64,000 nucleotides of DNA from Thecamonas trahens ATCC 50062 (Eukaryota; Protista; Apusomonadida). The stretch is from assembly GCF_000142905.1 (NCBI RefSeq), contig NW_013657650.1, positions 193,388-257,387 on the forward strand, written 5' to 3'. Each line of letters starts with the position of its first letter. Position 1 is the first letter of the stretch. Position numbers and translations under genes: made by a program. The notes below the pieces were generated by a model. It was not told where the DNA came from, did not search any database, and was given only the letters and a program-made list of their open reading frames with translations. This document shows positions 10,949-22,966 of this stretch, piece after piece.

Positions 10949-13022
10949 ATGAGCGACCGCAGCGGGCAGACAGCCCGGTTGCAGGTGGAGGTCCTGGAGC
11001 AGACCTTTGCCGAGCTCTTCAGCTGCTTCCTGGGCGAGAGCAGCATGGCCACGGTGGCCGCTGGTGGCGCGGAGGCCGAACCAGCAAGAGGTGGAAGAGG
11101 AGGAAGAGGAGGAGGAGGAGGAGGAGGAGGAGGAGGTGGTGGTGGTGGGAATGGAGACGGCGACTCTGACCGCGGCTCTGACGGCAACCCGGAGCGACTG
11201 CAGGGCGGGCGGCATCCGCTGGGACCGCTCAATGTGGCCGATGCGCGGAGAAAGGCGCAGCTGGCGCTGGATGCCTTGCGGAACATCATTATGCAGTACA
11301 GGCACTGGAAGGCGGGAGTAACCGATGCTGCCGAGCTTAATCGCTGCCTTCGGCTGCTGAGGGTAGGTTGATGGGAGAGGGGGAGAGGGGGAGAGGGGGG
11401 GGGGCAGGGCGGCAAGCCATGGCACCACCATAGCCGGCATCACTCACCTCCATCGGACCCACGCACGCGCACAGAGCCACCACACGCTCAAGTCATTCAA
11501 CTCGTCGTTCTCAAACATGCTGCTGCAGTCGCGAGAAGCTGTCCGCCACCACCTCGCATCGCGCTCGCAGGCTGATGGCGAGACGGCGTCGGCGTCGGGC
11601 CATCAGGGCATTCTGCACACGCTGCACAGCCTCGCTGCTGCGCACTCGCTCTCGGTCATGGTGGATGATTCCATGTCGGACGCGGTGACTATTGCGCTGT
11701 ACGCCAACACGCTCATGCTGGATGTCAATGTGACGGCGTCGGGCGCGGTGGCGTCGGCTGCGCTCACCCTTGTCGCCAACGACGACATGATTAGTGATGA
11801 CGAGACCAACGCAAAGCTGACGGCCCTAGCCACAGCTGCCGATTGGTCAACGCTCTCGGCGGTTCTGGGCCACTTTTGCGACCTTCACGTCCGGCTCCCT
11901 GACGAGATCGGCAGCGACGCCGCGGTCGCCGTCTCGGCCGCCTTTGCCGCCCTCACCGCAGACGTCCGTGCGCTCTCGGCGGCCTCGGTGGCCGCTGCGG
12001 GCCTCTACGCCACTATCACGAGCGGCATCGGCTCGGTCTCGCTGACGGCGTCGGGCCTGCTGTGCACAGTGTGGGCGGCGGCGTCTGCCAAGTTTGCGCT
12101 CGCCGACGAGACCACCAGCCCCTCGCTCCGCGCCTCACTCGCGGAGCTCCCGCCGCTGGAGGTCTTGCGCGCCGCTTCGCCGCTCGCGGCCCACGGGATG
12201 ATCCACGCCCGACTCTCGTACGAGGTTGCATCGCAGCCGTCGCGGCTACTCCTCGGCTCGGCGCTGGTAGACTCGGCCGTGGCGGGTCTGGCCGGCAGCA
12301 ACGGCGGGCCGGGCGCGTTGAACGTGGCAAAGTTCCTCGTGCCCGGCTCGCCGCCTGATGCCAAGCTCTCGGCGCCGATTGAGGCCTCCTTTGTGCTGGA
12401 GCTGTATCCGCCACTGGTCACCTCTTGCGCGTGGGCCGCCGAAGCCGCCGCCGTCGCCTTTCCGCCGCCGGCCACGTCCAAGGTCGCCATGGCTTTCTCG
12501 GCCCTCGGCACCGGAGACGCCTCGCCGCTGGCGGCCATGCTCGTCGGCCATGACGCACTCGCGGGCCCGCAGCCTGTCACGGTCCTGGACACCACTCATG
12601 CTTACGCCTACGCTGGCGAGCCCGGCGTCCGCGGTGTCCTCGTCCACCGCATCCCGTTCCTCTCGCTCGCGCACCTGGCCACCGTTCTCGACCTCCTCCG
12701 CCAGCACGCCGTTTTCAACACCCTCCTCGCCTCGTGCTTCAGCGACGCTGTCGACGCCGCATCGCTCCATACCCGTCCGCCGCCCGACACCCTCCGCCGG
12801 TTCGAGCTCACCACTCTCGCGCCACAGCTCCTCACCGTCAGCTACCTCGCGCCGGGCTCGGGCGTGCTCACCACCATCGAAATCTCGTGCGGCTGTGGCG
12901 GGAGCCTTGCCGCTGCCATTATCCCGGCGCCTGGCGCCAGCCCCGTCGACTCACCGGCCTTTGCCGCTCTCCTCGCCACGTCGCACTCGATCCCACTCGC
13001 CATGCACTACCACCTCTCGTAA
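10949..13022 (+). CDS. MED1: Mediator subunit Med1 (exon 1 10949-11362, intron 11363-11474, exon 2 11475-13022)
   Basis: GVLVHRIPFLSLAHLATVLDLLRQHAVFNTLLASCF resembles the conserved Med1 core, as does ASFVLELYPPL. A phase-0 GTAGGT...ACAG intron joins the two ORFs. Confidence 0.75.
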
Positions 13023-13058
13023 CGTGTTGTTCATTTCCAGAGCTGGCTGCTGTGGGCT

Positions 13059-15206
13059 TTAGTCGACCTTGATGGACGAGTAGATCTTGCGCACAAACCA
13101 GAGGCAGGCAAAGAAGCCGACGGCGCCGGTCATGCAGAAGAAGCCAAAGCAGAGGATAAACGTGTAGCCAAAGTAGAGGAGGCCCGAGACAAACGAAGTC
13201 ACGTTGAGCTTGGTGAAAAAGTAGAACGCCGAGTAGAGGAACATGTACACCGCCGACGAGGCCGAGGTGAGGAAGGCACGCCACCACCACTTGTAGTTCT
13301 CGGAGCAGAGCTGGAAGTAGCACATGACAATGGTGATCTCGCCGCAGGTAAGGCAGAGAATGATAAAGACGACAAAGAGGAAGCCAAAGATGTAGTAGAA
13401 CTGGTTGAGCCACATCGAGGAGAGGATGAAGAAGAGCTCGATAAAGACGGCACCAAACGGCAGGATGCCCGCCATGAGGATGGCCGGCATGTCCTGCATG
13501 TACCACACCTGGAGCGGAATCTGCCGCGGAATGCGATTAACCCGCATGTCATTCGGCGGCGTAATGGCCGCCTTCTTAAAGCCAAAGTATGAGCCGAGGA
13601 AGACGAGCGGGAGCGAGATGCCCAGCCAGAGGAACATGACGAGAACGAGGGTGAGGAACGGGACAGCGCCCGACGACTTTTCACCCCAAACGAAAAAGTT
13701 GAGGATGAAGAAGATGCCAAATGCCACACCGGGCATGGTCACTGCCGTGTACACCGTGCACTGCTTCCACTCGACGCCGCCAAACATCTTGTAGATGCGG
13801 GCCGAAAAGTAGCCGGCAAACGCGCCCGAGAGCACGTACAGCACCACAATCGCTGTCAGCAGCCCACCGCGGTTCGCCGGCGAGAGGAAGCCGAGAAGCG
13901 CAAAGAAGAGCGTGATCACAGCCATGACCACAATCTGCACGCCCGAGCCCACCAGCACCGCCAGCACCATCGGCCGCACCGGCGCGCGGAACACGTCGCC
14001 GTGGACAAGCTTCCACCCGGTCTCTTCCTGAACCTCCTCCACAACCTTCTCGTTGTAGCGGTCAAAGTCCTTGTGCAGCGCACGCATCATAATCATCGCC
14101 ACCATGCCTGAGAGGAAGAGCACAATGATGAGAGAGTTGGTGATCGAGAACCAGTGGACCTGCGAGTCCTGCATCATGAGGTACGTGTCCCACCGCGAGG
14201 CCCACCGGACGTCGCTCTGGACCCACACCACCTCGTACGTCCACACCACCTCGGTCTCGCCCACCACGCTCAGCGGCTCAGCAGAGTTGAGGTCGTCGCA
14301 CGTCTGCGGCTGCGCATCCTCCAACTCGGACCACTCGTGCTTGACGCTCATTGGGAGGACCTCAAAGCCCACAATCCGCGAGCCATCAAACGACTCCTCC
14401 TGATGGTACAGCAGCTGGATGACCACGTGGTTGTTGAGGTACGGAACCCCGTTGAGCGTCCCGGGGAACATGTCCTCGTTGCCCAGAAAGCCGAGCGCAA
14501 AGCCATCCTCATACAAATCGCGCACGCTGCCATCATCCATCTCAATCTGCGCATGCGTCGCCGCAGGCAGGTTGTCCACGATCCAATGGACCCGGTACTC
14601 CTCGCGGATGCGCTCCGAGAAGAGCGACGCGTCGGCCGCCGAGAGATGCCGCCGGCAGAGCACTGCACATGTCTGCGGCACAAGAGCCTCAATCTTGTAC
14701 GGCGAGTTGTGAATGGCTTCGCCAGTGAGGTGCTCGCCCAGGTTTTCCGCCGCGTCTTCGATCTTGGGCGGACGGCAGAACGGGAGCGAGTAGTAGTCCA
14801 TGGGAAGCAGCTGATATCACGCCCCCACGCCCCGCACAATGCCATACATCCACCTCTGTGGTGAGTCTCTTCCTTCTCGCTCCATTCTCGTCCCTCCTCA
14901 TCCTCTATCAACACGCCTCTCCCTCCCCACCCCACGCCGCCACGACGTGGCAATTTTTGGGTCGAAGATGGGGTCGATGGCGCCGTGGCCGGAGGCAGGA
15001 TGGCGAGGGGGGGGGGGGGGCATGGCGCGGGGTTGCGGTGGGCTTGGTGGGTAACATACGGTCTGAACAGAGGTCAGCTTGTTAACCTTGAGGGCCACGG
15101 GGTCTGTCTCAAAGTACTCATGCGGGGCCACACCAGGGAGGTAAAAGGCTGAGGTTGTTCCTGCCAGGACGACCAGAGCCACTGTCACCACCACCAACAA
15201 ACGCAT
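13059..15206 (-). CDS. TM9SF4: Transmembrane 9 superfamily / endomembrane protein 70 (TM9SF2/4-like); exon 1 15206-15060, intron 15059-14811, exon 2 14810-13059
   Basis: Signal peptide plus AFYLPGVAP, VNKLTS, HWFSITNS, EETGWKLVHGDVFR, nine TM segments and the C-terminal KIYSSIKVD (KxD/E) motif. Confidence 0.93.
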
Positions 15207-15459
15207 GGTGGTTAATCGAGAGGAGAGTGTGACCATCGAGGCACACACATCAACGACACACCACACTGTTGGACATGCGATCATACGCACCACACTGTTG
15301 GACATGCGATCATACGCACCACAGGCATGCGATCACACACCATCACCACATGTTGTCAATGCCATTGCCTCGTCTCCTCGTCACTACGACCGTTCTCCTC
15401 CGCTACCTCTCGCCAACTCCCCCTCACCTCCCCCCCCCCCCCTCCTCACCACCGCCCAC

Positions 15460-16554
15460 ATGGCCACTTCCACCACAACATGGCAGAGCCAAGTATATCT
15501 CCCTCACACTTCGTTCCTCTTCTCCAGACACTGTGTCCGGCCTGCTGTGGCATGCTCAACGTCAGAGGCTGACGCAGCCGTCGAAGACCCCGTCGCGTAT
15601 CCGCCGCACCCGGAGCCCGAGGCTGTGCCCCAACCACACATGCTGGAGAACATCGAAGGCGTGCTGCCTGCGGTCGATGCTGCGCTCGGCGTCAAGCACC
15701 CGCCGTCGATCGAGTACATCCTCGTTCGGCCCTTCTCGGCCCTGCGCATCCCGGGCACCGACATCGGCATCTCGTACAACAACTACGGTCACTCGGCCGT
15801 TCGCTACACGCTCGAAGACGGGACTCAAAAGGTGATGAACATTGCTGGCTCATCCGGCCTGGTGTCGTTCTTTACCCCTGAGGAGTATATCTTTGGCACA
15901 AACTCGCCGCAGGGTGGAATCACCCATCGCGACATGGTCTCGGTCCGCGTCGAGAACATCCCACCCGAAGCCGTCCGCGCCATGGACGAGTACTACCAGG
16001 AGCTGGCCAGCCAAAACGAAAAGGGCCTTGCCAAGTTCAACATCATCTTGGGCCCGATCCTCAATGCTCTCCGCTTCATCCTCCCCCGCAACTCGCTCGC
16101 CGTCCGCGGCAACTGCGCTTACTGGACTTCGTCGGGCCTCGAGAAGGCCGGCATCGTCACCGGTCGCTCCATGTGGCCAAAGTCCATCTTTATTGACATT
16201 CTCGAAAACGCAGAGCACACCGCTGCTGCTTCGCACGACAACGTCCACGTTGTTTCCTACCGTCGCGACCGTGCCGCAACCCGCTCCTACGGCATCGACG
16301 CGCAGCCCATCTCGGGCGTCGCTCCCTTCCAGCCCATCCGCTCCTTCTTCTACTTTAACCTCGAGTCGTTTGCGCACGCCATCGTCTCGGTCCCGCTTGG
16401 CTCGGCCACCCCAGAGGTCCAACTCACCGACGATGACGACCGCGCGAAGCCGAGCACGCTCCGCAACGTCGTCAACTCGCGGCCCGTCGCTATCGCGTCC
16501 GTCATCTCCTCCCTCATCCTCATCCGCTACGCTCTCCGCCGTCTTCGTTTCTAG
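15460..16554 (+). CDS. Hypothetical protein, putative permuted papain-like (NlpC/P60, LRAT-like) fold with a C-terminal TM anchor; start uncertain
   Basis: Coding-like codon usage, YGHSAVRY ... RGNCAYWTSSGL motif order, and a hydrophobic C-terminus followed by basic residues. Confidence 0.6.
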   Translation: MATSTTTWQSQVYLPHTSFLFSRHCVRPAVACSTSEADAAVEDPVAYPPHPEPEAVPQPHMLENIEGVLPAVDAALGVKHPPSIEYILVRPFSALRIPGTDIGISYNNYGHSAVRYTLEDGTQKVMNIAGSSGLVSFFTPEEYIFGTNSPQGGITHRDMVSVRVENIPPEAVRAMDEYYQELASQNEKGLAKFNIILGPILNALRFILPRNSLAVRGNCAYWTSSGLEKAGIVTGRSMWPKSIFIDILENAEHTAAASHDNVHVVSYRRDRAATRSYGIDAQPISGVAPFQPIRSFFYFNLESFAHAIVSVPLGSATPEVQLTDDDDRAKPSTLRNVVNSRPVAIASVISSLILIRYALRRLRF

Positions 16555-17185
16555 CACCCGGTTCATCCCATCATGATACCAATCTACTATCACTATACCC
16601 TGCTGCAATGCACACAGACTGCTGCTCGGAAAAAAAAGCACTTCGTCCCACGCAGGCGCACACCTTCCGCTCCCGCTCTCACACGACGCCACCACCCACC
16701 CCACGCCAACCCCCCCCCNNNNNNNNNNNNNNNNNNNNNNNNNNNNNNNNNNNNNNNNNNNNNNNNNNNNNNNNNNNNNNNNNNNNNNNNNNNNNNNNNN
16801 NNNNNNNNNNNNNNNNNNNNNNNNNNNNNNNNNNNNNNNNNNNNNNNNNNNNNNNNNNNNNNNNNNNNNNNNNNNNNNNNNNNNNNNNNNNNNNNNNNNN
16901 NNNNNNNNNNNNNNNNNNNNNNNNNNNNNNNNNNNNNNNNNNNNNNNNNNNNNNNNNNNNNNNNNNNNNNNNNNNNNNNNNNNNNNNNNNNNNNNNNNNN
17001 NNNNNNNNNNNNNNNNNNNNNNNNNNNNNNNNNNNNNNNNNNNNNNNNNNNNNNNNNNNNNNNNNNNNNNNNNNNNNNNNNNNNNNNNNNNNNNNNNNNN
17101 NNNNNNNNNNNNNNTCACACGACGCCACCACCCACCCCACCGCACCCCCCCCCCCCCCCCCCCCCCCACCCGCGCCTCCTTCAAT

Positions 17186-20100
17186 ATGCCACCCTCTACC
17201 TTCACCCTCACCCTCGCCCTCACCCTCACCCTCACCCTTACCCTCAACCTTAACCTCGCCTGCACACACACTGCTGCTGAAAGCCCCTGGACGCCCGAGA
17301 CACCAGCCGTCGGCGTCGAAGTCTCGTCCGCCCGAGTCTCTCGCATGTTGGTCGCCGACTGGAACGATGACGGAGATGAAGACATTGTGCTGATCCGTAA
17401 CAGCGGAGGTAGTTTGCCAGATCGCTTGAGCTTCTTTCAACGAGCGGGCTCAGCGTACTCAGAGTCGTCCTCGCTACTCTACGTCCCAGGAAAGGTCTTC
17501 GCCCATATGGTCGTCGGCTTGGTCACCGATGATACCAAGCTCGATGCTTTGGTAGTGCAAATCAATGATGGCATCAACATGGCGCTGCAGAATCCCTTGT
17601 TGTCCAGCTCGTTTATTCCCGACACCGACTTTGTGGACAGCACGACTCGCCTCGCGCTCGCCGACGTCGATGGCTCGACCTCGCTCGACCTCGTCGTTGC
17701 TCATCCAAGCTACAACGCCATCATGTGGTTCAACAACACTGACGGGAACGCTGCCTGGGGCTCTCAAGAGGTTTTGTTTGCCGTCGAGTCCCCGCTTGCG
17801 CTCTCCATCGCCGACGTCAACAATGACGGTTTCCTCGAATACCTCGTTCTCTCCAAACGTGGCGATGGCGCCCACGTGCTTCTCATTGCCTACGGCTCTG
17901 CATATGCCACGTACTCCACACTCGAGATCACCACCGCCGTCGGCAGCGACTCGGATATCGCCTTTGCCGATGTCGACAACGATGGCGATCTTGACGTTGC
18001 TTTCTCATCCGCCAGCGGCGACCTCGCCTGGGTGGCCAACACTGATGGCGTCATCAGCACCAATGTCACCATTGCGGTGCCCGCTTTTGCTGGGCGTGTA
18101 CCGCTCTTTATGATGCGCGATCTCGACGCCGATGGTGTTGTCGACGTCACCATGCATGTTCCACTCGCTGCCAATGGCTCGCTCAACTGGGCTCGCGGCC
18201 TGGCCGACACTCCGGGCACCTTTGCGCCGCCTGTGCCTATCATCGACTTTCCAACACCAACAGCATTGCATTTATCGACCACGACTCGGATGCCATGCCC
18301 GACGTCGTCGTCTCGTCCACACAGGCTGGTGCCTCGGTCTTCCCACATGCCCTCGGTCGCGGCCGATTCGACGCCGCAAGCGTCATGCCCAATACCGCCT
18401 ACATCGCGGCCTTCTCGGTCGAAATCGGCATAACGGCACCACGCACCATGCCAGGCCTCGTCACCGCTAGCTACAACGGTTCGGCGCACCTTGTTACCAC
18501 CTACAGCGCGGATGAAGATGCTGGCTTAAGCAGGCATGTCGTCGCTCTCGAAGACGCCATACCGCGCGTTGTCATTCCTGCCGATGTCGACGGAGACAGC
18601 CATGCCGAGTTGGTCGCTGTTCTCGATGGCTCCCCATCTCGGGTCCGTCTTTATCGATCGGCATTGGGCGGCAGCACTGCGGCCACCATCGCCACCTTCA
18701 GTGAACCCGGTGGCTTCGGGCTGGCGGTCGCCGACGTGAACGCGGACGGCAGCCTCGACATCGCTGTCACGCTCACCGCTGGTGGTATCGGCATCCTCCT
18801 CAATGACGGCGCCGGCAGCTTTACAGACGCACCATCGGCCTCACCACCAGACTTTGCCAACTGGCGCTGGCTTCTCTTTGCGCCGCTCAGTAGCTCCTAC
18901 CCAGACCTGGTCGCTGCTTCGGCAACGGGCGACCGAGTTGTCTGGTTCGGGAACGACGGCTCTGGCAATTTTGGCACCGCCAACAACATTACTCTCCCGG
19001 GCGTCGTGTCCCACGTCACCGCCGCCGACGTTGACGTCGACGGCAACGTTGACCTCATCCTCTCGCGCAAGAGCCTTGCACGGGTTCACATCTTTGTCAA
19101 CCCAGCTGGTAACGGGGCCTTTTCCACCCTGGCATCGCTCGTTACTGATGACCGCCCCGCTTCTGCAACCGTTGCAGACTTTGACCGCAACAACCTTCCG
19201 GACATCCTCGTCATTTCGGCAAACGGCAACAGCCTCGGCCTCTTTATGCAGACCTCGCCTGGAGAGTTTACCGACTATCCACGAACCACACTCGTTGATG
19301 GCACCGCGCCCAACACTGGCCTGCTCGCCGCTGGCGTCCTCTCGCTCGACGGCCATGCCGATGCTGTGTTTTCTGCGGCAAACTCGTTCATGTACTTGCC
19401 CTGGCTCCGTGGTCCATTCGCTCCGCGCGTGCCATGGGTCGTGGACATGCCGGACTGCCCTTCGCTTAGCTTTATCGCTTGCATCGTCCCGCTCCTCCGC
19501 GTTCCACACTCGAGCCTGCAGACCACTACTCTCCGTATTCCGGCCGGCACTTACACCTCGTGTCCGACAAGCTTCGTTCAGCTTCGCGGCCTGATCTCAG
19601 TCGAGGCCGCTGGTGGGCCCGACTCTGTGGTGATCGACTGCGAAGACGCTCCTGGCGTTCGGCTGTTTGACATTCTTGATCCGTACGATAGTGTCGGGTC
19701 AAGTCATGCAACGTTCCGCGGCCTAACCTTTACTGGCATCTCAGCCATACTCGCCCCGTTTCAGGTGCGAGACACCGCGACTCTCGAGTTTGTCGACGTC
19801 GCCATCCAGAGCTCGACCGTGACCGGCGGCTCCGGCGCCATCAGAGTCCGTAACTCGGCCACGTTCATTGCGACCCGCGGCCGCTTTGTCGACTGCACGG
19901 CTGTCGAAAACGTCGGCGGCGCCATCGAAGCTGCGACTGGTTGGGTCCGCGTCAACGGAACCCGCTTCGAGCGGTGCTCCGCGACTGTCAACAAGGGGGG
20001 TGGGGCCATTTATGGCAACTCTCTTGACATTCGCAACGCGCGCTTTGAGGATTGCTCAGCTGGCGAGTCTGGTGGTGCCATTAGCAGCACAGGCTCGCTT

Positions 20101-22905
20101 GCTGTTTCCGGCACCACCTTTGTCGACTGCTCTTCCGGCGCCAGCGGAGGAGGCATCTCCACCAGTGTCACCTCATCACTGATGGTCGAGGACTCCACCT
20201 TTGAGCGGTGTACCTCAGCCTCTGACGGCGGCGCTATTGTTCATCGCGGCGTTACGGCGGGCTTGCGAGGAGTTACCATCACCGACTGCTCAGCGGCCTT
20301 CCTCGGCGGTGCAGTGCTTGTCGAAGTCGACCAAGCCAGCATTGGGGTCTCGAACACAGTCATGGAATCGGTTTCGATCTCGTCGTCGACTGCCACAACC
20401 GGTGGCCTGCTTGCGTGCGCCGCGCACGTTGCCGGGGCAGACACACTAACCGTTCCATCACAGATTCCGTTTGCGACACCGACGGCCAACAGTCTGGTTC
20501 TCGACGGCGTCACGCTCGACAACGGCGCGGCGTCGTTTGTCGGCGGCGCCATCTTTGAGTGTCAGTGCGCCATTTCGCTTGCCGGCGCCGGCATCACCTC
20601 GCTCTCTGGCGCCACTGCTGGAACGGCTGGTGCCATCGGGTTCTCTTGCGATCCGGCAGCGGCCTCGTTTGGCGTCTCAGGCCCACCGGGCGCCAAACTT
20701 GGGACGCTCACTGGGCCGCAGCTGACCAGCTACGGACCAGGATGGGCAACACCGGCGGCGCAGCTCGAGTTTGCCACCGTCTTGCCGAGCAAGGTTGGCT
20801 CGGCGCTACCGCTCACCGGCGTTGCCGTCCGCCTAGTTGACGCCTTTGGCACGAGACTCGTCGACAGCGGCATCACGGTATCGGTATCTGAGCAAAGCGG
20901 TGTGTTCATTGTGTTGGCGCCTGGGCCTTTCCGCGGCGACAACGGAACGTTTCCGCTCGACTCGACCGGCATCGCACTTGCCGGCCCACCGCCGTTTGCG
21001 GCGAAGACCGCCGCCGTCGAGCTGACGACCACCACGGCATCCGGCGTCCGGCCGGAGCTGCCGCCGCTGTCCACAGTCGTCACCGTCGGGCTTTGTCCGG
21101 TTGACTACGGAGCCATTGACTTGACGGTGACAACTCAGCTGACGTGTGCGCCGTGCGAGCCTGGACGGATCTCCAATCAAGAGAGCGTTGAACCGTGTGA
21201 CGTGGCCCAGGCTTGCCCCGAGAATATGGTGCTGGAAAACCTGGTCGAGAACACGTGTGTGTGCGAGAGTGGCTTTTGGGCCCGCCCTGGCCGCGACGAC
21301 CGTGATCCATGTGAGCCATGTCCGCGAGGCGGCCGCTGCGTCGGAGACCTCAACCCCCCGGTTCCACAGGCCGGGTTCTTCCCCGATGGACCGGGCCGCT
21401 TCCTGGTCTGTCGCCGCAAGGGCGCGTGTGTCGGTGGCTCGCTTCTCCAGCCGTGCGCCCGCGGGCACGAGGGCTTTCTTTGCAACAAGTGCCAGACCGG
21501 GTTCTTCTCTGATCCAGAGCGACAGTGCCGCGAGTGCCCGGCGTCGCCGGGCGGTGTCTTTGGTGGATTTCTCGTTGGCCTCGCCCTGGTTGCCGTCGGC
21601 ATCGGCGCGGTGTTGGTGTGGCTGCTAGCGCGTGCGCGGCGGCTTGCTGCTCTCGCGGCCGGGGCATCCAAGGGCGCCAACATCCGGGCGTTCCGGACCC
21701 AGATTGTCCCGGCCTCCCTCTCGATGGTCCTGGTTGCCTTTCAGGTTGTCGGCATCCTCTCCGAGGCCAACTTTGAGTGGACGAGCGCGTCACGGCAAGT
21801 CCTTGCCGTCTTTAACGTCTTCAACGTGGACACCTCGCTGTTCGCTTCCGAGTGTGCGCTCGCCAACTTTCATGTCAAGTACGCCGTCTCGCTTCTCTTC
21901 CCGCTCCTCTTTCTCGCCGCCGTGGTCCTCACCATGATCATCCTGCGCTCGCGGTTGGGCTCGCTTGCCGGCGTGAGCATCCGGGCGCTCATCGACACAT
22001 CGGTTTTCTCCCTCGCACCCCTGGCATACATCCCGCTCTGCAGGTCGTCGTTTGTGCTCTTTGACTGCGTCAAGCTCACCAACGGTGACTTTGTCCTGGA
22101 TCCGGATCCGGGCGTGGCCTGCTTTGACTCGGCGTGGTGGAGCGTGGCCCCGATCGGCATTGCTGCAGTTCTCGGCTTTGTCATCGGCCTCCCTGTCTAC
22201 TTTGTCTGGTCGTTGTGGGCCTCGCGCAACTCGCTCTTTGAGCCCGAGACAACCGCGCGGCTCGGCGCGCTGTATCGTCTTTACCGGCGGGCGTACTACT
22301 GGGGCGAGGTGGCCAACCTCGCGCGGCGACTCGCGCTTGTTGTGGCTTCGGTCTTCTTCTCCGAGGCGCAGCTCGTGCAGCTGGCACTGATGATGATGGT
22401 TCTTCTCTGGTGGGTCTTTGCCGTCGCCACGCTCAAGCCGTACTACTTTCCGCTGTACAACTCGGTCGACATGCGGCTCAACATAGTGCTTGTCGCCATT
22501 GTCATGCTTGGTGCGGGCTCATACGCCGAACGAAATGCGACGTCAAGCAACACATTCCTTCTCGTGGCCACCGTCGCCGCGGTCGTCATCCTCGTCGGCG
22601 TCTCGGTCGTTGCTATTGCCGTCGACATCAAGCGAATTGTTCAGACCCGGAACGCCACGTATCTGGCTGCCGCCGAGCGCCAGCACAAGTTGATGGGCAC
22701 CATTTCTGTCGAGCTTCGGGACATCGAGGCCAACCCGGATGTCCTTCGCGCCGCCGGAGAGTTTCTGGGCACCCTCCGTGCCCTGGCGGATGGCAACGGT
22801 GGTGGTACCGTTGGTGCTGCCACGACCTTGGCCGCCTCGCCGTCCACCGCAGGCCTTCTGGGCGAGTGCGAGTTTGAGAGCGGTATCGAGCTCGATGAAC
22901 TATAG
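17186..22905 (+). CDS. Very large cell-surface protein: FG-GAP/VCBS beta-propeller repeats, GGAI (Pmp-like) beta-helix repeats, Cys-rich region and multi-pass (about 7-8 TM) C-terminus; frameshift near 18260; 5' end may lie in the upstream gap
   Basis: Many DxDxDGxxD motifs (ADWNDDGDED, ADVNNDGFLE, ADVDNDGDLD, ADVNADGSLD, ADVDVDGNVD), repeated GGAI and FxxCxA, CxPCPxGG/GHEGFLCNKC, and TM region LGALYRLYRRAYYWGE. Confidence 0.85.
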
Positions 22906-22966
22906 TTTCGAGTAAGCGTAGTGTATGTGTGTAATGTTGAAAGTGCATGTGCGCGAGCCAACCAGG

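Noticed and set aside
17198-17258. (CCCTCA)n run resembling degenerate telomeric CCCTAA
   Set aside because: It is short, degenerate and similar to the C-rich low-complexity tracts found throughout the window.
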